DNA of 63,992 bases, filler included, from an uncultured bacterium (GTDB lineage Bacteria; Auribacterota; CAZIXI01), in the NCBI GenBank assembly GCA_964543115.1. It is 6 parts of 6 records of this genome, joined end to end, with 100 filler letters (N's around TTAATTAATTAA, not from the genome) between each part and the next. Parts side by side here need not be neighbours in the genome. Positions count along the whole stretch, not along the records: positions 43,171 to 53,576 come from CAZIXI010000115.1; positions 53,677 to 63,992 come from CAZIXI010000117.1; 4 more parts are not named here. The stretch is one strand, 5' to 3'. The translations under genes and the position numbers were made by a program. Of the stretch, positions 49,846 through 58,391 are shown piece after piece; within the stretch, counting starts at the first letter, position 1; each line of letters begins with the position of its first letter. Below the pieces are notes generated by a model. It worked only from the letters and a program-made list of their open reading frames with translations, was not told the origin of the DNA and did not search any database.

Positions 49846-50976
49846 ATGATTAAAATTGGCAATTACATAAAACAAAAAGGTAATTATCGAGCATTTATTC
49901 CTGAAAACTTTCCTCCTAAAAATATATCTTTTAGCGAACCAAAAATAGTTAAGCTACTTGCTGACGCTAACCTGCTATTAGGGAAACTGGATGGCCTGAC
50001 TAAACTATTGCCTGATATTGACTTTTTTATTTTTATGTATATTAACAAAGAAGCTGCTTATTCTAGTCAAATTGAAGGGACAAGGGCCAGACTTACCGAT
50101 GCCTTGCAGGCAGAACTGGAGCGAACTCCGGAATTGCCGGACGATGTTGACGATATTTTACACTATATCGAAGCAATGAATAAGGGCCTGCAAAGGTTAG
50201 AGAAGATTCCATTGTCATTACGATTAATCAAAGAGGTTCATGCTATTCTACTCACAGAGGCCAGAAGCACTGCTTTTCCTTATCCCGGAGAATTTAGAAA
50301 GACACAAAATTGGGTTATGGGCACTAATCTCAATGATGCTCGTTTTGTTCCACCTCCACCAGAATATGTATCACAGGCAATGGGCGATTTAGAAAAGTTT
50401 TTTTATTCACATGAGGACATTCCGGCCCTCATCAAAGTAGCTCTAATCCATAGTCAATTTGAAACGATTCACCCGTTTTTAGATGGCAATGGCCGAACAG
50501 GAAGATTGCTTATCACATTTTACCTTTGTCAGCAAAATATTCTGGAAAAGCCCGTCCTTTATCTTTCAGAGTACTTCAAAAAACATCGCAACCATTACTT
50601 TTCGATGCTTGATGAATACAGGAAAGGAGACATTGGCTCATGGTTAGAGTTTTTTTTAAAAGGAATTGCCCATGTAGCTGAGGAGGCAGCAATAGTGTCA
50701 AACAAAATTGTAAATTTAAGAGAAAAAAATATACACCAACTATCGGGATTTGGCAGAGCCAGCAAAAACGCGGTAAAGTTGCTCAAAAATTTATATAAAA
50801 TCCCTATAATTAATGTTAGAAAAGTTCAGGAGACAACAGGGCTTTCCAGGGAAGGAGCAAATCAATTGGTGAAAAGATTCGTCAAGATGAATATTCTCAT
50901 CCCAAAAGATAAAAGTAAAACATATGGCAGAATATTTGTATTTAAAGAATACCTAGAGTTATTTGAAAAAGAATAA
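49846..50976 (+). CDS. Fic-family protein with Fic_N region and C-terminal HTH
   Basis: Canonical HPFLDGNGRTGR; EAAYSSQIEGT; SD AAGGAGG before ATG 49846. Confidence 0.93.
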   Translation: MIKIGNYIKQKGNYRAFIPENFPPKNISFSEPKIVKLLADANLLLGKLDGLTKLLPDIDFFIFMYINKEAAYSSQIEGTRARLTDALQAELERTPELPDDVDDILHYIEAMNKGLQRLEKIPLSLRLIKEVHAILLTEARSTAFPYPGEFRKTQNWVMGTNLNDARFVPPPPEYVSQAMGDLEKFFYSHEDIPALIKVALIHSQFETIHPFLDGNGRTGRLLITFYLCQQNILEKPVLYLSEYFKKHRNHYFSMLDEYRKGDIGSWLEFFLKGIAHVAEEAAIVSNKIVNLREKNIHQLSGFGRASKNAVKLLKNLYKIPIINVRKVQETTGLSREGANQLVKRFVKMNILIPKDKSKTYGRIFVFKEYLELFEKE

Positions 50977-50992
50977 AATAAAATAGTTCACC

Positions 50993-51973
50993 ATGAAAAC
51001 CTTAATTACTGGAGCAACTGGTTTCGTTGGGGGGCATCTGGCAGCCAGACTAGTAAGAGACGGCCATCAGGTAAGGGCCCTGGTGCGGGAAGGCAGCAAC
51101 ACCAGCAAACTTAAAAGTCTTGGTGCTGAACTCATCACCGGAGATATCACTAACAGAGATGTTGTGGATCGGGCCGTTGCCGGAGTAGAAAAGGTGTTTC
51201 ACATTGCCGCCTTGTTCCGCCAAGCAAAATATCCAGATAGTGTATACTGGCAGGTAAATGTGGAGGGCACCAGAAACATACTGGAAGCCGGCCTGAAACA
51301 TAAGGTAAAAAGGCTTATCCATTGCAGCACCATCGGCGTGCTCAGTCATATTGAAAACCCACCTGCTGATGAAACCTATCCTTACAATCCCGGCGATATT
51401 TATCAAGAAACCAAGGCCGAAGGCGAAAAGCTGGCCTTGCGCTATTACCGGGAAAAGGGATTACCAACAGCAGTCATCCGCCCGGCAATGATCTACGGCC
51501 CGGGCGATCTCCGTTTACTTAAATTGTATAAATCCATTGCCCGCAAAAAATTCTTTATGATCGGCAGCGGCAGAACCCTGGCTCATTTTATCTACATCGA
51601 TGATCTTGTTGACGGTTTTCTGCTCGCCGCGGAAAAAGACGGTGCTCTAGGCGAGGTATTCATCATCGCTGATGAGCACCCCCTGTCACTTAACGAACTG
51701 ACGGGAATAATCGCCAAAGAACTGGGAACAACCATTCCCCGAGTACACATCCCGGCTAAACCGGTCCAGTGGACCGGTTCACTCTGTGAATGGCTCTGTC
51801 AGCCGTTCGGTATCGAACCGCCTATTTATCGCCGGCGCGTGGATTTTTTCACCAAAGACCGTTCCTTTAATATCAATAAGGCAAAAAAAACGCTGGGTTA
51901 TTCCCCCAGAATCAGCATTGAAGAAGGCGTTAAACGCACCGCCCACTGGTATCAACATGAAGGGCATATCTAA
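50993..51973 (+). CDS. NAD-dependent epimerase/dehydratase (extended SDR)
   Basis: Motifs TGATGFVGG, YQETK (YxxxK), IYGPGD. Confidence 0.92.
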   Translation: MKTLITGATGFVGGHLAARLVRDGHQVRALVREGSNTSKLKSLGAELITGDITNRDVVDRAVAGVEKVFHIAALFRQAKYPDSVYWQVNVEGTRNILEAGLKHKVKRLIHCSTIGVLSHIENPPADETYPYNPGDIYQETKAEGEKLALRYYREKGLPTAVIRPAMIYGPGDLRLLKLYKSIARKKFFMIGSGRTLAHFIYIDDLVDGFLLAAEKDGALGEVFIIADEHPLSLNELTGIIAKELGTTIPRVHIPAKPVQWTGSLCEWLCQPFGIEPPIYRRRVDFFTKDRSFNINKAKKTLGYSPRISIEEGVKRTAHWYQHEGHI

Positions 51974-53379
51974 TGAAAATACTTTTTGTCTATACAGATA
52001 TTAACATCCGCGGCGGAGAAAGAAGCTACAGCCTGGGGCTGGGCATCCTCTCCGCCCTCTTGAAACAACACGGCCATAAAACTGACCTCTGTCATGTTTA
52101 TGAGACATACAATCCGCAGTTACTGCACGATAAAATCAAGTCATTTAAACCAGATATCCTGGCCTTCTCCTCAATCAGCCCGCAGTTTCAGTTCGTCACC
52201 GGCCTGATTAAAGAGGCCAAGCCTTACAAAATATTTACTATCTGCGGCGGCCCGCATGCCACACTCAACCCGGATTGCCTGGCAGAAACCGACGGGCTGG
52301 ACGCCATTTGCCGGGGAGAAGGTGAATACGCCTTTCTGGAATTAGTTGAGAATATCAGTCAGGGTAAAGACATCAGCCAGATCAGAAATCTCTGGGTAAA
52401 AAAGGACGGGAAAATCCACAAAAATCCCTGCCGGCCCTTTGTCCCTGACCTGGACAGCCTTCCGTTTGCCGACCGGGAACTTTATGATTACCAGCGGATA
52501 ATCCACTCCAATTATGACCGGGCGGATTTCATGTTCAGCCGCGGCTGCCCGTTCAACTGCACCTACTGTTCTAATCATGCTATCCGCAATCTGCAGGAAG
52601 GTAAATATGTCCGTTTTCGCAGCGTGGACAACGTTATCCGGGAAATAAAAGATGTCACCAGCAGGTATAAAATCAGAATCGTTTTTATGCAGGATGACAC
52701 CTTTACTTTAGACAAAAAATGGGTTTTCGAATTTTGCGAACGTTATCAAAACGAAATCGGTATCCCTTTTATGATGCATACGCGCCCGGAAGTTGTTACC
52801 GAAGAAATGTTCACCAGATTGAAAGCAGCCGGCTGTTTCCGCGTGGCCATGGGCGTAGAATCCGGCAATCCTTATATCCGCAACGAAGTACTGCAACGAA
52901 AAATATCTGACGATCAACTGAAAAACGCCTTCCGCATAGTAAAAGAAGTGGGACTGGTCACTAAATCATTTAATATCGTCGGTTTCCCCGGTGAGACAAA
53001 AAAACTTTTTCGGGATACGATAAACCTTAATTCCGAAATCATGCCTGATCTTTTTACCCTGACCATCTTTGACCCCTATCCGGGAACAAAACTCTATCAA
53101 ATTTGCAGAGAGAAAGGCTACCTAACGGACAGAGGCCAGCAGGAGGGTTTTATCCCGCGGACAGACACCATTCTGGACCTGCCGGATTTTCCGCGGAAAG
53201 ACATCCTCCATTGCTACCACAACTTCGGCTTTAATGTCTACCGCCGCCACTCCCTGCTCAAGGCGCTTGTTTTCCGGATATACTATTCCAGTTTCGGCGA
53301 AGAATTGATCCGTTTGCTTTCACCCATAAAAAAACGCATCTTCGCCATCGCCGAAAGTAAACTAAGAAAAAATAAATAA
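51973..53379 (+). CDS. B12-binding radical SAM protein
   Basis: N-terminal cobalamin-binding domain (GGPHAT, RGEGE); SRGCPFNCTYC; GVESGN. Confidence 0.92.
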   Translation: MKILFVYTDINIRGGERSYSLGLGILSALLKQHGHKTDLCHVYETYNPQLLHDKIKSFKPDILAFSSISPQFQFVTGLIKEAKPYKIFTICGGPHATLNPDCLAETDGLDAICRGEGEYAFLELVENISQGKDISQIRNLWVKKDGKIHKNPCRPFVPDLDSLPFADRELYDYQRIIHSNYDRADFMFSRGCPFNCTYCSNHAIRNLQEGKYVRFRSVDNVIREIKDVTSRYKIRIVFMQDDTFTLDKKWVFEFCERYQNEIGIPFMMHTRPEVVTEEMFTRLKAAGCFRVAMGVESGNPYIRNEVLQRKISDDQLKNAFRIVKEVGLVTKSFNIVGFPGETKKLFRDTINLNSEIMPDLFTLTIFDPYPGTKLYQICREKGYLTDRGQQEGFIPRTDTILDLPDFPRKDILHCYHNFGFNVYRRHSLLKALVFRIYYSSFGEELIRLLSPIKKRIFAIAESKLRKNK

Positions 53380-53383
53380 CTAA

Positions 53384-53576
53384 ATGAAACGGATAACAAT
53401 TTTAGGCTCTTATTCCGGGCGGAATGCCGGTGACGCGGCTATCCTGGCCTCCATCATGGACGGGTTCAGCAAACTGCGCCCGGAGGCGGTGTTTGAGGTA
53501 CCCACCACCAATCCCCAGTTCATCCAGGAAAATTACGGCGATAAATACAATGTCCGGCCGATATCCATTATGCCCT
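53384..53576 (+). CDS. Polysaccharide pyruvyl transferase family protein, 3' truncated
   Basis: N-terminal G.Y..RNAGDAAIL motif. Confidence 0.75.
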
Positions 53577-53677
53577 NNNNNNNNNNNNNNNNNNNNNNNN
53601 NNNNNNNNNNNNNNNNNNNNTTAATTAATTAANNNNNNNNNNNNNNNNNNNNNNNNNNNNNNNNNNNNNNNNNNNNC

Positions 53678-54337
53678 CCGACAGGCAGCGGTAAAAGCAC
53701 TACCCTGGCGGCGATGATCGATTATATTAACCAACGAAGGAAATGCATGATTATCAGCCTGTAAGATCCAATCGAATATTTTTACAAGCCAAAAGAAAGT
53801 ATCGTTCGCCAGAGAGAAATTGGTATGGATTCTCATTCTTTCGTTAACGCCCTTAAGCATACCCTGCGCCAGGATGTGGATGTTATCCTCGTGGGAGAGA
53901 TCCGGGACCTGGATTCCATCGCCATCGCCCTGACCGCTGCGGAAACCGGTCATTTAGTCTTAACTACCCTGCACACCATTGACGCGGTAACAACCATCAA
54001 TAGAATAGTTGATGTCTTTCCCGCTAATCAACAACAGCAGGTAAAACTCCAGCTGGCCGAAAGCTTAATCGGTATTGTCGCCCAGATCCTGCTGCCGAAA
54101 AAAGACGGGAAGGGCAGGGTGGCGGCGACAGAGGTGCTGGTTTCCACACCGGCAGTCGGCAATGTTATCCGCCAGGGTACAACGGAGCAATTGACTAATA
54201 TTATTCAAACCGGAGCCAATAAAGGTATGCATCTAATGGATGCCTCCTTGGAAAAGCTTTGCCGGGAAGGCATTATCTCCAAAGAAAGCGCCCTGTCTTT
54301 TGCCCGGGACCTCAGCCGGTTTTCTGCCCTTACCTAG
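53678..54337 (+). pseudogene. pilT: PilT/PilU type IV pilus retraction ATPase, 5' truncated, with an in-frame TAA at 53762-53764
   Basis: PTGSGKSTTLAAMID...SL*DPIEY...LRQDVDVILVGEIRD...AETGHLVLTTLHT. Confidence 0.85.
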
Positions 54338-54387
54338 GAGATTATCGGTTAAATATACGTTCTTTTTAGCTACGCCTTGAGGACAAA

Positions 54388-57030
54388 ATGCTTCCGCTAA
54401 GACAATCAAATAGATATATTTTATTCATATTAATTGTCATTTTCAGTACCATCCCCGCTTTCCTTACTGCCGAGAACCTTCCGCCTGCCGGTCCAGCCGC
54501 CGACTATGTAGAAAATGAGGTTATTGTGTTGTTTTCCGACTCTTGTTCAGAAGAAAGGGCCGCGGCGCTGTGCGACTCTTTAGGCGATTTGAGAATAAAA
54601 GATAAGATTGCCGGCAAAAATATATATTTAGCGGAAACAACTCCCGGCCGCGCGCTGGCCAACGTCTGTGCCGATTTAAGCGCAAGCCCGGAAATCATCT
54701 GCGCGGAACCGAATTACCTGCGCAGGGCCTGCCGGGTTCCTGATGATACATTTTATGGTGCTGTTTCTCTCTATGCCTTCAACATAATTTCCGCTCCCAC
54801 AGCCTGGGATACAATTGTTGACGCGGACATCATCGTTGTTGCCGTCTTTGATTCCGGCCTTGACTATGAACATCCGGATTTAACGGATAATATCTGGAAC
54901 AATGACAATGATCCTATTGACGGCATTGATAATGACGCCAACGGTTATATAGATGACTTTTATGGCTGGAATTTTGTTGATGACAACAATAATCCCACTC
55001 AACTCGATGCGGTTGGCGCTTCCCACGGAACTTTCTGCGCAGGCATAATCGGCGCCCGCGGAAACAACGCCGGCGGGATTACCGGTGTCTGCTGGCAGGT
55101 AAAGATTATGCCGGTAGCAATCGCCAACAGCGCGGGAGTGGCCACTTCCTTTAATTTCATTGACGGCCTTACTTACGCCGTCAATAACGGCGCCAAGGTG
55201 GTTAATTTCAGTTTTATCGGCACGTCAGCAAACTCATTGGAACAAAGCGCCATCAGTGACGCCCATGACGCCGGAGTATTATTAATTACCGCTGCCGGCA
55301 ACACCTCAGCGGACATTGATGTTATTCCCGGTTATCCGGCCAGCTATGACTGTGACAACATTATCGCGGTAGCAGCCACTGACAGCAATGACGATTTGTC
55401 ATCATTTTCCAGTTACGGTGAAAATACCGTGGATATTGCCGCTCCGGGTACTCTTGTGGGCAGCACTATCTACGCAACCGCTAGAAACAACATCGATAAT
55501 GCCATAAATTACGGAACAGCCAGCGGCACTTCTTTTTCCACTCCCTATGTTGCCGGGAGCTGCGCTCTGGTTTGGGCCAATGACGCTAATCTTAACCATA
55601 TGGATGTTAAAGAAAAAATATTAGGCGGCGCTGACAGTATCAGCAGCTTGTCAGGATTCGTTAATGGCGCCCGCCGCCTGAACGTAAACGGTGCTTTGGC
55701 CTACGATACGGATGATGATACCGACCCGGGAACGGATGATGGGGTGAGCCACTCTACCCGGGTAGAAGCCCTGGCCGGTGCCCGTGTCATTGTTGAGCGG
55801 GCAATGTATTGGGACGGCGGCGCGTTTAACTGGATCGGCGGCCATAACAGCACGGGTACCAGGTCCACTGCCACAACCTGGTATTTGGCGGAAGGTTATA
55901 CCGGCGGAAGTTTCGATGAGTGGGTATTGCTGCAGAATCCCGGCAACAACAGCGCCGAGTGCCAGGTAACCTTCATGAAGCCGGATGGCAGCACTGTGCT
56001 CCAGAACATAACTATTGATCCTACCAGCCGGTATACAATTCACGCAAACGCGGCAGTTCCCAATGAATCTATCTCAACTAAAGTGGAAAGCACAAACGGA
56101 ATCGGTATAATAGTGGAACGGGCAATGTACTGGGACGCCGGCGGCATAGACTGGGCCGGCGGGCACAGCGCGATCGGCACAACTGATACAGCTACCACTT
56201 GGTATCTGGCGGAAGGATATTCAGTAGGTAATTTTGACACCTATGTTTTGATTCAGAATCCCAGCAGCAGCAATGCCCAATGCCTGGTAACCTTTATGAA
56301 ACCCGATGGAAGCACTGTCGCCTTGACGGTCACGGTCGCGGCCACCGGCCGTTATACTATTTATGCTAACAGCTATGTGCCGAACGAATCATTTTCCACC
56401 CGGGTAGTAAGCTTAAATGGCGTAGGGGTTATTGTTGAGCGGGCAATGTACTGGGATGCCGGCGGTATGAACTGGATCGGCGGACACAGCGCGATCGCCG
56501 CTAATGATACAGCCACCACCTGGTATCTGGCGGAAGGATATACCGGTGGTAGCTTTGATACATATGTGCTTATTCAGAATCCCAGCAGCACCAGCGCCGA
56601 GTGTCAGGTAACCTTTATGAAGCCCGATGGCAGCACCGTATCGCAGGAATTAACGGTTGCCGGCACAAGCCGGCAGACCATTCATGTCAATTCCGCCGTC
56701 CCCGATGAGTCTGTTTCCACTACGGTAGAAAGCACCAACAGCGTGGAAATAATCGTTGAGCGGGCAATGTATTGGGATGCCAATGGGGTAAACTGGATCG
56801 GCGGACACAGCAGTATGGGAACAACTGCTACAGCTACCACCTGGTATTTGGCGGAAGGTTATACAGGGGGCACCTTTGATGAATATGTGCTTATTCAGAA
56901 TCCCAACGCAAGCAGTGCTTCAATAAAAGTCACTTTTATGAAAACAAACGGTAACAATGTAGTGGAAAACATCACGCTGAGTGGATCCAGCAGGCACACA
57001 ATCCACGCGAATGACGTTTCCGGCCTGTAA
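54388..57030 (+). CDS. Secreted S8 subtilisin-like protease with prodomain and C-terminal WYLAEG repeats
   Basis: Signal peptide; triad motifs VFDSG, HGTFCAG and GTSFSTP; four WYLAEG starts exactly 321 nt apart (55879, 56200, 56521, 56842). Confidence 0.93.
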   Translation: MLPLRQSNRYILFILIVIFSTIPAFLTAENLPPAGPAADYVENEVIVLFSDSCSEERAAALCDSLGDLRIKDKIAGKNIYLAETTPGRALANVCADLSASPEIICAEPNYLRRACRVPDDTFYGAVSLYAFNIISAPTAWDTIVDADIIVVAVFDSGLDYEHPDLTDNIWNNDNDPIDGIDNDANGYIDDFYGWNFVDDNNNPTQLDAVGASHGTFCAGIIGARGNNAGGITGVCWQVKIMPVAIANSAGVATSFNFIDGLTYAVNNGAKVVNFSFIGTSANSLEQSAISDAHDAGVLLITAAGNTSADIDVIPGYPASYDCDNIIAVAATDSNDDLSSFSSYGENTVDIAAPGTLVGSTIYATARNNIDNAINYGTASGTSFSTPYVAGSCALVWANDANLNHMDVKEKILGGADSISSLSGFVNGARRLNVNGALAYDTDDDTDPGTDDGVSHSTRVEALAGARVIVERAMYWDGGAFNWIGGHNSTGTRSTATTWYLAEGYTGGSFDEWVLLQNPGNNSAECQVTFMKPDGSTVLQNITIDPTSRYTIHANAAVPNESISTKVESTNGIGIIVERAMYWDAGGIDWAGGHSAIGTTDTATTWYLAEGYSVGNFDTYVLIQNPSSSNAQCLVTFMKPDGSTVALTVTVAATGRYTIYANSYVPNESFSTRVVSLNGVGVIVERAMYWDAGGMNWIGGHSAIAANDTATTWYLAEGYTGGSFDTYVLIQNPSSTSAECQVTFMKPDGSTVSQELTVAGTSRQTIHVNSAVPDESVSTTVESTNSVEIIVERAMYWDANGVNWIGGHSSMGTTATATTWYLAEGYTGGTFDEYVLIQNPNASSASIKVTFMKTNGNNVVENITLSGSSRHTIHANDVSGL

Positions 57031-57045
57031 TACACGGAGGTAAAG

Positions 57046-57780
57046 ATGAAAACATTGCTATTTCTATCTATTGCCCTTATTTGTTTTTCCGTTTGTTGTC
57101 CCGCTGACACCCTTTTCCTTAAAAACGGTGAGCAACTAGAAGGTATCATCATAGATGAAACAGAGACAGAGTTTAAGTTTAAGGAATATGTGGCCGGTTC
57201 CGGCTTTATTATTAGTAATTATAAAAAAAGTGAGATAAAAAAAGCGGAGAAAGCCAGTGCTGAAGAAAACAAAGAATTAATGGATAACTATAAGAGATTA
57301 CAAGAAGAAGAAAAAGAAGCTGCTGCCCAAGCTCCTATCTACGATCCCGGACAACAAGAAGTGCAAGAATTCAGACAGATGGAAGGAATACTACGGGAAC
57401 GGAAACGGGAAAGCCAGGAAATTGAAGAAGAAATGCAGCGCAGGGAAGCGGAAATGCGTAGGCAGGAAAAAAGAGTAAGGAGAGAAACAGAAATGCAGGA
57501 GCGGGAAGAAAAAAGACGTCTGCATACAGTTAACGCGGAAGAAAAACGCCGCGAAAGAGAATTGCAGGCAGCAGAGGCAGAAAAATTAAGGGAAATGAAC
57601 AAACAAAACGGATTAATCGGCATGCATGATTGGCAGGCACTGAACAAATGGGGCACTCCTACCTATAAGCAGGTAGTAAGCTCAGACACAGAAATCTGGG
57701 TTTATACCACCACGCACAGAAAGTATACACTTAAGTTTAAGGATGGACTGATTGTTGATGTTACGGATGAAGAAAACTAA
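57046..57780 (+). CDS. Exported hypothetical protein with a coiled coil and a C-terminal small beta domain
   Basis: Signal peptide, DTLFLKNG...G.I motif, E/R-rich coil, WGTP...EIWVY tail. Confidence 0.75.
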   Translation: MKTLLFLSIALICFSVCCPADTLFLKNGEQLEGIIIDETETEFKFKEYVAGSGFIISNYKKSEIKKAEKASAEENKELMDNYKRLQEEEKEAAAQAPIYDPGQQEVQEFRQMEGILRERKRESQEIEEEMQRREAEMRRQEKRVRRETEMQEREEKRRLHTVNAEEKRRERELQAAEAEKLREMNKQNGLIGMHDWQALNKWGTPTYKQVVSSDTEIWVYTTTHRKYTLKFKDGLIVDVTDEEN

Positions 57781-57878
57781 ACAATATAGGGCTCCCTCGA
57801 ATCTATCCTACTGATTATATTTTATCCTCTCCTGCTAGCTAACTCCATTCTATTGTCAGCGCCGGTATTTCCCTCTAT

Positions 57879-57944
57879 GTTAACCATATGCATAAAGGTT
57901 AACATAAGTTAACCTTTTACATGTAAGTTAACATATACTATAAT
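57879..57944 (+). promoter_or_regulatory. Sigma70-like promoter overlapped by four GTTAAC palindromes
   Basis: TTTACA 57916-21, 17-bp spacer, TATAAT 57939-44; GTTAAC at 57879, 57898, 57908, 57927; inverted repeat AAAGGTTAAC-ATAA-GTTAACCTTT. Confidence 0.75.
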
Positions 57945-57982
57945 AGGGTCATATTATTAGCGTTGATTATGTGGAGGTATCT

Positions 57983-58234
57983 ATGGAAAGAAAGCCCTAT
58001 GTATCCGTACCCCAGGCAGCAAAAATCCTCAGGAAAAGCAGAATAGCCATCTTTAAACAGGTAAAGTCAGGCAAGGTTGAGGCGGTGCGCATTGGAAAGA
58101 ATTATATGATCACAAAGACATCTCTGAAAAGAATGATCCTGAATAGAACCATAAAGGATATTGAGCGCGATATAAACCATGCCGTAAAAAAAGCCATCAG
58201 GGAATTTGAAAACGTGCTAGAGCTGATTGAGTAA
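57983..58234 (+). CDS. Excisionase-like (HTH_17/MerR-type) DNA-binding protein
   Basis: YVSVPQAAKILRKSR...VKSGKVEAVRIGKNYMI; SD GGAGG before ATG 57983. Confidence 0.85.
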   Translation: MERKPYVSVPQAAKILRKSRIAIFKQVKSGKVEAVRIGKNYMITKTSLKRMILNRTIKDIERDINHAVKKAIREFENVLELIE

Positions 58235-58391
58235 AGATTCATGTTTTAATTTGTATTATGGGAAATGACAAAAAAACGCTTTATCTCACCATTTTAATAA
58301 GAAAATCCTTATTAAAGTAATACCCATATTATTTTAATAACATTCTTCTCGCCAATATTGACAAAACATATTTACTGTGCTATGTATAAAT

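Noticed and set aside
10935..53676. Five identical TTAATTAATTAA motifs at about 10.6-kb spacing as a biological repeat, and any gene linkage across them
   Set aside because: Each is embedded in fixed N44 runs and truncates genes on both sides. It is a contig-concatenation linker, so the ORF ends containing X or LIN are artefacts.
625..53764. Alternative genetic code (stop-codon reassignment)
   Set aside because: The three in-frame interruptions use three different stops (TAG 625, TGA 40275, TAA 53762). All three codons also end normal genes here, for example TGA in ridA and in the ATGA overlap with aroQ.
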